Of a stretch of 64,000 nucleotides of DNA, positions 31,264 through 41,100 are shown piece by piece. Under the pieces are notes generated by a model. The model made no database searches. It was given only the letters and a program-made list of their open reading frames with translations, and was not told the origin of the DNA. The position numbers and the translations under genes were made by a program. Origin of the DNA: Candidatus Omnitrophota bacterium (GTDB lineage Bacteria; Omnitrophota; Gorgyraeia; Gygaellales; Profunditerraquicolaceae); assembly GCA_963805065.1 (NCBI GenBank), contig CAWDSS010000012.1, forward strand, positions 44,174 through 108,173, read 5' to 3'. How positions within the stretch are numbered: position 1 is the first letter of the stretch; each line of letters begins with the position of its first letter.

Positions 31264-34200
31264 TTAAATAACCAGAGAAAGGCGTTCTTCGCCTAAAAGA
31301 TCCTCTATATCCTGGATTAATTGCTCGGATGGAGAAACATAGAAATTTTCTCCCACGACTATATGGGTCCTGGTTTTGGTAGGCGTGTCTAAATGAAGGT
31401 ATATGGGGATATTCCCGCGCGAGGAAGCCAATAATTCCTTTAAGCTTTCAAAAGTATTTTCCCTCACGCCGGAAATGTTTAAATTAAGGCCGGTAATTAG
31501 TTTATAAATTTCATCAAAGGGGAATAAATCATTAACCAGTATCTTAGGCGTGTCTTCCTTGAGATTGAGGTTCCCCCTGACCATGACAACTGTATTAGGC
31601 TGAATATAGCGGGATACCTTTTGATAAGCCCTTGGAAACACTAAGGCTTCTACAACACCTTCCAAATCTTCAAGTTTTAAAATAGCCATTTTTTCCTGTT
31701 TTGCGCGGGTGGTAGTCTGCTTAATCTTAGCTATTAATGCTACTAATTTGATTTCATCCTGGTCGTGATGCTGGAACAAGGTACTTGTAGAGGAAGAAAC
31801 AAAGCGTTTTAATTGCTTGGCGTAGCGTGCCAGGGGATGGCCAGTTATGTAAAAACCCAGCATATCTTTTTCAAAGGAAAGTAACTGTGGCTCAGGCCAT
31901 TCCTTTATCTGCGGAAGGCTGTTGGGAGTCTTTTTAAAACCATTCTGCTGGAATGCCTGGTCGAAAAAGGAAATCTGGCCCTTTGCTTTTTCTCTTTGCG
32001 TCTTGGAAGCGGATTCCAGTATTATGTCAAGGGAAGCAACCATCTGAGCCCTGGGCAGATTAAACCGGTCTAAGGCGCCGCATTTAATTAAAGCCTCCAA
32101 TACCTTTTTATTGGCAAGCCTAAGGTCGATATGCTGGCAGACCTCTTCCAGGGAAGCAAACTTTCCCATTTTCCTTGCCTCTACAATGGATTCAGCAGCA
32201 CCCCTTCCTACATTTTTTACCGCTAATAAGCCGAATCTGATGGTATTTTGGTCTTCAACTTTAAACAGGACTTCACTTTCATTAATATCCGGAGGTAACA
32301 CCTTAAGCCCCATCCTGCTTGTCTCGTTTACATATTCCACTATTTTATCAGTATTATCGCGCTCAGAAGTTAAAAGCGCAGTCATAAATTCCACCGGGAA
32401 ATTTGCTTTGAGATATGCCGTGCGGTAAGAAATTAAAGCATAGGCGGTCGAATGTGATTTATTAAAGCCATAACCGGAAAAATATTCTATAAGGTCGAAT
32501 ATTTTGTTAGCCGTATTCTGGCTGATATCGTTTTTGATGCAGCCGGAAACAAACTTGTTTCTTTGTTTCTCCATTACCTCAGGAATCTTTTTGCTCATTG
32601 CGCGCCGCAGCAAATCTGCTTGCGCTAAGCTAAAACCCGCGAGGCTGGAAGCAATTTGCATAATCTGTTCCTGATAAACCATGATCCCGTAAGTTTCTTT
32701 TAGCACTACTTCCAGCTTTTTATGGTCGTATTTTATGGGCACGCGGTTGTGCTTACGCTGCATAAAATCATCCAACATGCCTGAACCAATAGGCCCCGGC
32801 CGATACAAAGCCAATAGAGCGATTAGATCCTCAAATCGGCTGGGTTCAAGCTTCTTTAATAAATCGCGCATGCCTGAACTTTCCACCTGAAATACCCCCA
32901 TGGTTTGTGAAGAAGCTAAAAGTTTATAGGTAGTCGGGTCATCCAGGGTCAGACTTTCAATATCAACCAGTTTATTCTGCGTTTGTTTAATCAGTTTCAG
33001 AGTCTCGCTGATAACAGTCAGTGTCCGTAACCCCAAGAAATCTACTTTCAGTAAGCCGATCTTTTCCAAAACTCCCATGCTAAAGCCTGTAGTCACCTGG
33101 TCGTCGCTGGTCTTAAACAGAGGCATGTAGTTATTAAGGGGTTTATCTGCTATAACTACTCCTGCGGCATGAACTGAGGCATGGCGGTTAAGGCCTTCCA
33201 GCATAAAGCCCGTATCAATAAGTTTTTTTACCTGCTCGTCGTTTTTGTACAAGTTATTCAATTCGGTTTCGCTCTCCAGCGCATTTTTCAGGGTAATCGA
33301 CGGGTCAGGAGGTATCATCTTGGCAATTCTGTCAACATCTGCATAACTCATCGCCATGACTCTTCCCACATCCCTGATAACTGCGCGCGCCTGCATTGTC
33401 CCGAAAGTAATAATCTGCGCAACGTTTTCCTGCCCGTATTTTTTCGTGACGTAATCAATTACTTCCTGCCTTCTTTCGTAACAAAAATCAATATCTATAT
33501 CGGGTAAACCTAAACGCTCAGGGTTAAGGAACCTTTCAAATAACAGGCCGTATTTTAAAGGATCGATGTCTGTAATGCCTAAAAGATAGCTCACTAAGCT
33601 TCCTGCTGCTGAGCCGCGGCCAGGGCCAACGGGAATTCCCTGGCTCTTGGCATAATGTATAAAATCCCAGACAATCAAAAAGTAACTTACAAATCCCATT
33701 TCCTTAATTATTTTTAATTCATGCTTTAAACGTTCTTCTATGGCAGGAACGGTATTCTCGAATCTTACCTTAAGCCCTTTATCGCAAAGTTGTTTTAAAA
33801 ATTCTTCTTTGTTTTGGCCGTCAGGCGGCTCATATTTAGGCAAATGAATCTTGGAAAAATCTAACTCCAAATTACAACGCTCTGCGATTTTTAATGTATT
33901 AGTTAGGGCTTCCGGTGTTTCTTTAAACAGCTCTTTCATTTCCTGCGGGGATTTAAAATAAAATTCATCGGTTTGAAAACGCATGCGGTTGGGGTCATCC
34001 AGCGTAGTTTGTGTCTGGATACACAGAAGCGCTTCGTGGCTAGCAGCCCTATCTTTGGTAAGGTAATGCACGTCGTTGGTTGCCACAAGAGGTATATTCA
34101 ATTCTTTGGATATTTTGATTAATCCCTCATTTACGATTTTTTGTTCAGGGATGAGATTTTCCTGAATCTCCAGGTAAAAATTATCCTTTCCGAAAATATT

Positions 34201-34698
34201 TAAATAAGTATCTGCTGCTTTAAGGGCATCGTTGAAACGCCTTTGTTGCAATAATACGGGGATTTCTCCTTTTAAACAGGCGCTGGAACCAATTAATCCT
34301 GCTGAAAGTTGTGATAAAATTTCTTTGTCGATGCGCGGACGGTAATAAAATCCTTCCAAATAACCGATACTCACCAGTTTCATCAAATTCTGGTAACCTG
34401 TTTCATCTTTTGCCAAAAGTATTAAATGATAGGAAGCCTCATCGATGCCTACGGAGGTTTTATCCAGCCGGCTTTGGGGCGCAATATAGACTTCGCAGCC
34501 GATAATGGGTTTAATGCCTGCTTTTTGCGCTTCCGTGTAGAATTCAATTGCCCCGAACATATTGCCATGGTCGGTGATAGCGAGGGAATCCATCTTAAAC
34601 TGGTTTGCCAGGTTTAAGATTTCATGTATGCGGCAGGCGCCATCTAAGAGGCTGTATTGGGTGTGCAGGTGTAGATGGATGAATTCAGAACGCGGCAT
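31264..34698 (-). CDS. dnaE: DNA polymerase III alpha subunit
   Basis: 1144 aa with a PHP N-terminus (FIHLHLHTQYSLLDG) and GLPDIDIDF. The ORF is intact. Confidence 0.95.
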   Translation of the reverse strand: MPRSEFIHLHLHTQYSLLDGACRIHEILNLANQFKMDSLAITDHGNMFGAIEFYTEAQKAGIKPIIGCEVYIAPQSRLDKTSVGIDEASYHLILLAKDETGYQNLMKLVSIGYLEGFYYRPRIDKEILSQLSAGLIGSSACLKGEIPVLLQQRRFNDALKAADTYLNIFGKDNFYLEIQENLIPEQKIVNEGLIKISKELNIPLVATNDVHYLTKDRAASHEALLCIQTQTTLDDPNRMRFQTDEFYFKSPQEMKELFKETPEALTNTLKIAERCNLELDFSKIHLPKYEPPDGQNKEEFLKQLCDKGLKVRFENTVPAIEERLKHELKIIKEMGFVSYFLIVWDFIHYAKSQGIPVGPGRGSAAGSLVSYLLGITDIDPLKYGLLFERFLNPERLGLPDIDIDFCYERRQEVIDYVTKKYGQENVAQIITFGTMQARAVIRDVGRVMAMSYADVDRIAKMIPPDPSITLKNALESETELNNLYKNDEQVKKLIDTGFMLEGLNRHASVHAAGVVIADKPLNNYMPLFKTSDDQVTTGFSMGVLEKIGLLKVDFLGLRTLTVISETLKLIKQTQNKLVDIESLTLDDPTTYKLLASSQTMGVFQVESSGMRDLLKKLEPSRFEDLIALLALYRPGPIGSGMLDDFMQRKHNRVPIKYDHKKLEVVLKETYGIMVYQEQIMQIASSLAGFSLAQADLLRRAMSKKIPEVMEKQRNKFVSGCIKNDISQNTANKIFDLIEYFSGYGFNKSHSTAYALISYRTAYLKANFPVEFMTALLTSERDNTDKIVEYVNETSRMGLKVLPPDINESEVLFKVEDQNTIRFGLLAVKNVGRGAAESIVEARKMGKFASLEEVCQHIDLRLANKKVLEALIKCGALDRFNLPRAQMVASLDIILESASKTQREKAKGQISFFDQAFQQNGFKKTPNSLPQIKEWPEPQLLSFEKDMLGFYITGHPLARYAKQLKRFVSSSTSTLFQHHDQDEIKLVALIAKIKQTTTRAKQEKMAILKLEDLEGVVEALVFPRAYQKVSRYIQPNTVVMVRGNLNLKEDTPKILVNDLFPFDEIYKLITGLNLNISGVRENTFESLKELLASSRGNIPIYLHLDTPTKTRTHIVVGENFYVSPSEQLIQDIEDLLGEERLSLVI

Positions 34699-34705
34699 AT
34701 GTTAA

Positions 34706-34740
34706 CTTAAAACGTAAAAGGCAAAACGAAAAACTAAGGA
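34706..34740. repeat. heptanucleotide tandem array, A-rich family (5 units)
   Basis: CTTAAAA CGTAAAA GGCAAAA CGAAAAA CTAAGGA, between the guaA stop and the dnaE start. Confidence 0.8.
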
Positions 34741-34758
34741 TCATCCTGTATTACAACT

Positions 34759-36300
34759 TTATTCCCATTCAATAGTAGCAGGAGGCTTGGATGAAATATC
34801 GTAGACTACGCGGTTTACTCCTTTGACTTCGTTGATAATGCGATTGGAAATTTTCTCTAATAATTCATAAGGAAGCTTGACCCAGTCCGCAGTCATTCCG
34901 TCAAAGCTGGTAACGCAGCGTAAAGCCACTACATTCTCATAAGTCCTCTCATCACCCATTATACCAACACTTTTAATGGGAAGCAATATCGCAAATGACT
35001 GCCAAATTTGTTCATAAAGCCCGGCGTTTCTGATTTCCTCAATTACCCTGCGGTCTACTTCGCGTAATAATTCCAGGCGTTCTTTAGTGATTTCGCCGAT
35101 TATCCTGATAGCCAGCCCCGGGCCGGGGAAAGGCTGACGGTGAATTATGGCTTCAGGCAAACCCAATTCTTTTCCAATTTGGCTGACCTCATCTTTGAAT
35201 AAATCACGCAAAGGCTCAATTAGTTTTAGTTTCATATGCGCTGGAAGCCCTCCTACATTATGATGGCTTTTTATGCGTTTGCTGGGAGCTCCCGATGGAG
35301 AAATAGACTCAATTACATCCGGATAAAGCGTGCCTTGTGCCAAGAATTTTACTTTTTTTACTTTGTTAGCTTCTTCTTCAAACACTTTTACAAATTCATC
35401 TCCGATAATCTTGCGTTTTTCTTCCGGATCAGTTACACCCTTGAGGCGATCCAGGAACCTCTTGCTTCTATCCACATAACCCAGGTTTAAATGATACATA
35501 TTCCTGAATACCTTTTTTATTTGCTGGGGCTCGTCTTTACGCAACAATCCATTATCTATAAAAATACTCCTTAAATTTCTTTTAATTGCCTTGTGCACTA
35601 ATAATGCTGCCACAGAAGAATCAACTCCGCCGCTTAATCCTAAAACAACTTTATCTTTGCCCACGGTTTTCTTTATTGTTTCTACCGACTCTTTGATAAA
35701 TGACTGCATAGTCCAGCGGCTAAGGCAACCGCAAATCTTAAACAGAAAGTTGCTTAAGATTTGATTGCCTCTTTCAGTATGGGTTACTTCGGGATGGAAT
35801 TGAACTGCATATATTTTTCTTTTATGCGCTGCCATGGCTGCAATAGGAGTATTCATGCTATGCGCAATTGTATGAAATCCGGGAGGCACTTTGGCTACAG
35901 AATCTCCATGGCTTTCCCAACAGGTAAAATTACCGGGAAGATGATTGAATAAGCCCTGGGTATCGTCAATAAACAATTCTGCCTTGCCATATTCGCGCTC
36001 TTTTGAATGCTTCACTCTTCCTCCCAGCATTTGAGCAACCGCTTGCATGCCGTAGCATATGCCTAATATGGGAATGCCGAGTTTAAAAATATTTTTATCC
36101 GGAAGAGGGCTTTTCTTTTCCACTACGGAAGCAGGGCCACCGGAAAGGATTAATCCTTTAGGAGCAAGTGCTGCAATTTCTTTTGCGGTTATATTGTAAG
36201 GAACAATTCTGGAGAAAACCTTGTTTTCTCTTACGCGCCTGGCAATTAACTGAGTATACTGTGAACCAAAATCCAAAATTAGAATTGTCTGTTTTGTCAT
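34759..36300 (-). CDS. guaA: GMP synthase (glutamine-hydrolysing)
   Basis: 513 aa with [16 protein letters not shown] and a C-terminus ending ATIEWE. Confidence 0.95.
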   Translation of the reverse strand: MTKQTILILDFGSQYTQLIARRVRENKVFSRIVPYNITAKEIAALAPKGLILSGGPASVVEKKSPLPDKNIFKLGIPILGICYGMQAVAQMLGGRVKHSKEREYGKAELFIDDTQGLFNHLPGNFTCWESHGDSVAKVPPGFHTIAHSMNTPIAAMAAHKRKIYAVQFHPEVTHTERGNQILSNFLFKICGCLSRWTMQSFIKESVETIKKTVGKDKVVLGLSGGVDSSVAALLVHKAIKRNLRSIFIDNGLLRKDEPQQIKKVFRNMYHLNLGYVDRSKRFLDRLKGVTDPEEKRKIIGDEFVKVFEEEANKVKKVKFLAQGTLYPDVIESISPSGAPSKRIKSHHNVGGLPAHMKLKLIEPLRDLFKDEVSQIGKELGLPEAIIHRQPFPGPGLAIRIIGEITKERLELLREVDRRVIEEIRNAGLYEQIWQSFAILLPIKSVGIMGDERTYENVVALRCVTSFDGMTADWVKLPYELLEKISNRIINEVKGVNRVVYDISSKPPATIEWE

Positions 36301-37457
36301 GTGCCCATTCCTACTTTTTGACCAACCTGGAATATTTTTCCTTCGGTTTGTATGGATGGCGCGATAATTATTTCTACGTCGTGCATTTCTTTTAAATTCA
36401 TCACCCCTAATGAGCCCATGGAGGTTTTTAAGGCGCCGACTAAATTCTGGGAGCCGTCATCAACTTTTGCCGGGCCGAACAATATTTCTTTTAAACTGCC
36501 GGTTGTGCCCACATATATGCGGGTCCCGCGCGGTAAATTCATATGGGAAGTAGCCATGCCCCAATGATAACCTCTGCCCGGAGCTTCTTTTGCGCGGGCA
36601 AAACTTGAACCAATCATTACCGCATCTGCTCCGCAGGCAAAGGCCTTGCAGATATCTCCACCGCGGTTCATGCCGCCGTCGGTAATTATAGCCACATATT
36701 TGCCCGTTCTTTTATAATGAAAATCGCGGGCTGAAGCTGCGTCAACAGTTGCAGTAACTTGCGGCACCCCTATTCCTAAAACCCCTCTTGTAGTGCAAGC
36801 AGCTCCCGGGCCAACGCCAATTAATAATCCGGCAGCACCTGTTTCCATGAGTTCAACAGTTGTTTCATAGGTAACGCAGTTACCGAGAATTACGGGAATT
36901 TTTGTGGATTTGCAGAATTTGAATAAATCCAGGCTTTTGTATTCTTTGGCGATATGTTTTGTGGTTGTAACTGTGGATTGCACCACAAACATATCTGCTC
37001 CGGCCTGAATTGCCAGCTTAGAAAATTTTTCTGCGTGCGCAGGAATGCAACTTACTACAGCAGTAGCTTTCTTTCTTTTAATTTCAGCAACGCGTTTTGT
37101 GATCAGGTTTTCTTTAACCGGTTTTGTGTATACTGACTGGATTAATTCTGTGGCTTTTTGCGGCGAGGCTTTGGAAATCTGCTCTAACACTGAATCGGGA
37201 TTTTCATAGCGGGTCTGGACCCCGTCAAGATTCAATACGGCTATACCACCCAGGCTTGACATCTCAATGGCAAATTTAACATCTACCACGCCATCCATAG
37301 CTGCGGCAAGTATGGGAACCTTGAATTTCTTTGCGTCAATTTCAAAGGTAGTATCAGCTTCATTGGGGTTTGCGGTTTGAGAACCGGGAACCAGTGCAAT
37401 CTCATCAAAACCATAACACCTGCGTGCGCGCCTGCCTATGCCTATCCACTCTGCCAT
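36297..37457 (-). CDS. IMP dehydrogenase-family protein, GuaB3-like (no CBS subdomain)
   Basis: 386 aa with [26 protein letters not shown] and the catalytic-loop-like [20 protein letters not shown]. It overlaps the guaA start by 4 nt. Confidence 0.75.
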   Translation of the reverse strand: MAEWIGIGRRARRCYGFDEIALVPGSQTANPNEADTTFEIDAKKFKVPILAAAMDGVVDVKFAIEMSSLGGIAVLNLDGVQTRYENPDSVLEQISKASPQKATELIQSVYTKPVKENLITKRVAEIKRKKATAVVSCIPAHAEKFSKLAIQAGADMFVVQSTVTTTKHIAKEYKSLDLFKFCKSTKIPVILGNCVTYETTVELMETGAAGLLIGVGPGAACTTRGVLGIGVPQVTATVDAASARDFHYKRTGKYVAIITDGGMNRGGDICKAFACGADAVMIGSSFARAKEAPGRGYHWGMATSHMNLPRGTRIYVGTTGSLKEILFGPAKVDDGSQNLVGALKTSMGSLGVMNLKEMHDVEIIIAPSIQTEGKIFQVGQKVGMGT

Positions 37458-37475
37458 TTTACTCTCCTGTAGATA

Positions 37476-37525
37476 GGGACTGTTCCCGCCAAAGCTATTC
37501 CAAAGCTTTTAAAGGGGACTGTCCC
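37476..37525 (-). promoter_or_regulatory. two near-identical palindromic boxes (GGGAC-N-GTCCC type) in the guaB3-guaA leader
   Basis: GGGACTGTTCCC at 37476-37487 and GGGGACTGTCCC at 37514-37525, lying between the predicted promoter and the start codon. Confidence 0.4.
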
Positions 37526-37605
37526 TAAATATTATAAGTAGTTATTCTACAATAGGTTACGACTTTCGATGTATTTTAACGAGTTAACCAAAACGAAGAT
37601 AGTAA

Positions 37606-37634
37606 ATTTTACACTACCTCGCTCTAATTGTCAA
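37606..37634 (-). promoter_or_regulatory. sigma-70-type promoter for guaB3-guaA
   Basis: Minus strand reads TTGACA, a 17-nt spacer, then TAAAAT. Confidence 0.5.
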
Positions 37635-37680
37635 TACATATTTTTGGGTGATAATTTATACCTTAGCCTTCTATTTTGCT

Positions 37681-38077
37681 GCGGGTATTTGTTCGCGTGC
37701 TGAAATTTTTTGCCGTCTGCTTCGGTTTACGCCTCACTTTCGGTCATGGTGACTTACGCTTAAGCGCTGCCTTTCGTTCGGCGTAATTCCTCGCAGACTA
37801 TCATATTTAAACGAGGTGCCAAAAAATTTCTAATGCACGCTCACAAATCCCTCCGCAAAAATCTATACTGAAGAATGAATTTGATGAGCTTTGGAACACT
37901 AAGTGACTTTTTGTGGGTGACGAGGCTTAATTTGAGCAGCACATACGAAAATTTGAGCGGGCACGGTTTGCTGCTATTCCAGAGTATCCAAGAGCGAAAA
38001 TTTTCGCTGAGCGAAGAATTTCCACGCTGGGGAAATTCGAGCGCTGCTGCGAAAACAAGCCTCGGCAGGACCCACAA
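37681..38077. ncRNA. unclassified, highly structured non-coding region (two rod-like imperfect hairpins of about 170 nt each); candidate ncRNA(s) or decayed inverted-repeat element
   Basis: Hairpin A (37681-37856): GCGGGTATTTGTTCGCGTGCTGAAATTTTTTG pairs with CAAAAAATTTCTAATGCACGCTCACAAATCCCTCCGC, and there are inner helices GTCTGC/GCAGAC and TTTACGCC/GGCGTAA. Hairpin B (37911-38077): TTGTGGGT..GAGGCTT pairs with AAGCCTC..ACCCACAA and encloses three sub-hairpins. The ORFs called on both strands here overlap each other, which is typical of non-coding sequence. Confidence 0.3.
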
Positions 38078-38103
38078 AAACCGCTCAAGCGATTAAGTAT
38101 TGC

Positions 38104-38132
38104 AAAAAGGGCGAAGATTTTAGCCTTCGCCC
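38104..38132 (-). terminator. rho-independent terminator of the giant gene
   Basis: Minus strand reads GGGCGAAGG-loop-CTTCGCCC followed by TTTTT, about 36 nt after the stop codon. Confidence 0.75.
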
Positions 38133-38167
38133 TTCCCCACCAGCCGTTTTCTAATCTTACACTTCTC

Positions 38168-41100
38168 TTAATTTTTCAAATAAGCTAATTCTTTGTTCTT
38201 TGCTGCATTATCCTGCTCTTCTCCCACTTTAGGAAAAGTGTTGAATATTACGTTTAAGTTATTTATCGGCTGCATCCTGATAATCTGAAAGGTAAAACCT
38301 TCTAAGTTACTCAGGTCAATTGGAGGCATTTTCACAGGTACTGAATTAGGAGCAGCTGCAACATCAATCGCACCTAAATCAATACCGCCTGGGTTATCGG
38401 CAATCTCAGAAGTCACCGCTGAGCTGGCAGCCATGAAAACATTATTTATAGTTATATTTCCTTTGCTTTCACGACTATCGTGAAGTGATTTGCTATAAAC
38501 TTTATGGCATTCGTAGGATAGTACAACATCCCGGCCTTGTCTACTAAATGATGTTGTAGTATGTAAGCGGCTTTCATCTTGCCATGTTGAATTATCTTGA
38601 TAATAACCAGACTGATATTGTTTTATTGCATCTTGATCTTTGTTTATAACACTCCTTACAAAGTTTTCAAATTGCGTTAGAATGCTCTTTATATTTTCCT
38701 TTATTAATGGAGCATAAATTATATCTCTCAATTCCTTCTGCAGTTGCTTCTTTGCTTGAGCAATTTGTGTAGTAACGGCTTCAGTTATCTCTGAGCTGGC
38801 CATATTATTAAGTAAGCTTGCTTCAATTTCACGCACACTCTGGCTCTGGCTTAGGGTAAATTTAACCTCCATTCCTTCCTTGAAGAAAAATCCTGTTTTC
38901 CAAATATTGTGCACTAATGCACGTAGGTTGGGTTTAGATGAACTATCGGAGAAATCATCGGTATAATGTGCAAGAAGATTCACGCCTCTAACGTTTTGTC
39001 TCCTCAGAGGATCCAGGGTGATCATATATTCTTTTCCGCCGATATCCTTTATTGTGATTGTGTTCAAGATTGCTTTTTTTGTAATGTGGCCCTCAGAGTC
39101 TTCCCCTGCCTCTAATGCATCATATATCAGCTGTGCAAGTTCCTTTACTGCCTTGCTGGATTGTGTTTCTATCGGCGAGCCGGCGGCTGCTAATCTTTCA
39201 GTATTAGATAATGGTGCTGCTTCGAGCAATTTAGTTATGTCTTCCTGGCGTGCCTGATTAAGCATAAGTTGCCTTACTAAGTCCATTTCCTTGGTTGAAA
39301 AACTCCATTGGTTATCATAGCCAACAGGCGTAGTGTAAAGCGGCCCTGCAATCTGCTCAATCATATCGTCAAAAAGAATAGAGCCTGTACTTTGACCAGT
39401 GATGGTATCTTCCCAGCGATATCGCCCATTAACTTTATCCTTTTCGCTAAATATTTTGATGTCCTCGGGGAATTCCTTTGCAATCATGGAAAGATAAAGT
39501 TTTACAGTTTCCTGCGGGACATTCTGAGGCAATAAAAGACTGAGGTCAAACACAGAACCACCCTTAATTATAACGTTACCATCCAAATAAGCAGTAGGTG
39601 TACGCATGGCTGTAAAAAGTGCATTTACCATGAGATGTTGAGCTACTCCTTTTGCCGCTCCGGTTGCCTTAGGGCTTAAATGGCCCTCGGGGTTTTCTTT
39701 ATCTTTACCGGTATACATATGAAAGGTTGGCCCTATTTCTGTAATGATCATAGTTCCAAATCCAGCTGCTAATTCCGATAGCGCTAGAGTAACATAGCTA
39801 TCACCATTAGTAGAACAAGAAGTTGTACTTATATACGATGCTCCTTTGGACTTGGTATAAGGCATTTTCTGTAAATAATCGCCTAGTTCATTAAAAGGAG
39901 CTCCCATAGGCACAAGCAATTTCTTAGGAATCTGGGCTTTTATATAAATGAATTGTTCGGCTCTTCCTTGCGCTAAACGATCTTTTTCTACCTGGGTTAA
40001 TATTTCCTTAAGGCGTGCTAATTCTTCCGGAGCGTCTCCTAATTTATCACTAGAGAAACTTAAATTATTTTTAGCTACAAAATCCCAAAGCGGAGTTCCA
40101 TCAAGCTTGATTTTCTTCTGCTTAAATAACTCGGAAATCTGTTGGTCGCCAATTTCTACTCCACCAGGTGTAGCATCAATAATAATCCCAAAGTAGTATG
40201 GTTTGCCGTCTTTTTCGTAAACAATCATCGGGCGAGGTATATTATCCAAATTTGTGCCTTCCAGTTTAAACGCTTCCACTAAACCCTGGTTAAACTGTCC
40301 TACATCTACATACCAGATAATCCCTACTTTCTTACCATCAAGAAGCACATTAACCGGATAAACGCTGGGAATTTGTGAAGGAGTTTGGAAATCAAGTTGT
40401 GCATTAAGCAATTCATTTCCTGGTTCAAAAGTCAGGCGATTAGCAGCTAAAAGATCGGTAACTTTCACTGATTTCCCATCACTTGTAACCAAACTCACAC
40501 CTGAACTTTTAACCTGCGGATCCTGAAAAATATCTTGCTTGGTTTTATTTACAGCAGTGGCAAATTTTTCTTCTGGAGTATTACCTTCAAGACTTCTAGT
40601 CCTTACTAAGAATCTACCGATAAAATTGGGATCCTTGTTATTATTAATGTTATATCTTAAGGTATAAACAACAGTAATGCTTCCAATCTCACCAGTTCCA
40701 TCAATGGCAATAAGAGGATTCTTCGAAGGAAGATCGGTCTTAGGATTATCATTTTTAAGATGTTTAAAACTAGCAATAAAATTATCCGTGCTTAATATCC
40801 CGGCAAGCTGAAGTATATCATAACACCAAATTCCTCCCTCATTAGCATAGGTAGAATATACTCTGGATAAATTATCTTTCTCAGCCTGTGATAGCGCTAT
40901 GCCTTTGCTTGCTAGATGACGAATTATGGCATCTGCATTTGCTCCATTTAGCTCTATAGCATCGCTGTTTCTCAATAGCTGGTTCAGTTTTGTGGCGTAC
41001 TTACCAATCTGAGCTCTTGCAGGTTCCATAACACGAGCTTCTTTGAAATGTTCCTGCGATAATTTTAGCAAATACCTATAAGTTCTGGCATAAAATCCAG

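Noticed and set aside
37458-37640. A possible purine/guanine riboswitch in the guaB3-guaA leader; a UAUAAU segment is present.
   Set aside because: The P2/P3 hairpins with 7-nt loops and the conserved junctions (UUUCUACC, CCGACUA) are absent. Only tiny-loop GGGAC/GTCCC hairpins are present.
37681-38077. The structured intergenic region as RNase P RNA, tmRNA, SRP RNA or 6S RNA.
   Set aside because: There is no GGAAAGUCCGG-type RNase P core, no tRNA-like ends or tag ORF, and no SRP GGAA/AGCA domain-IV motif. A rod-like shape is compatible with 6S but is not diagnostic. I kept the region as an unclassified candidate instead.
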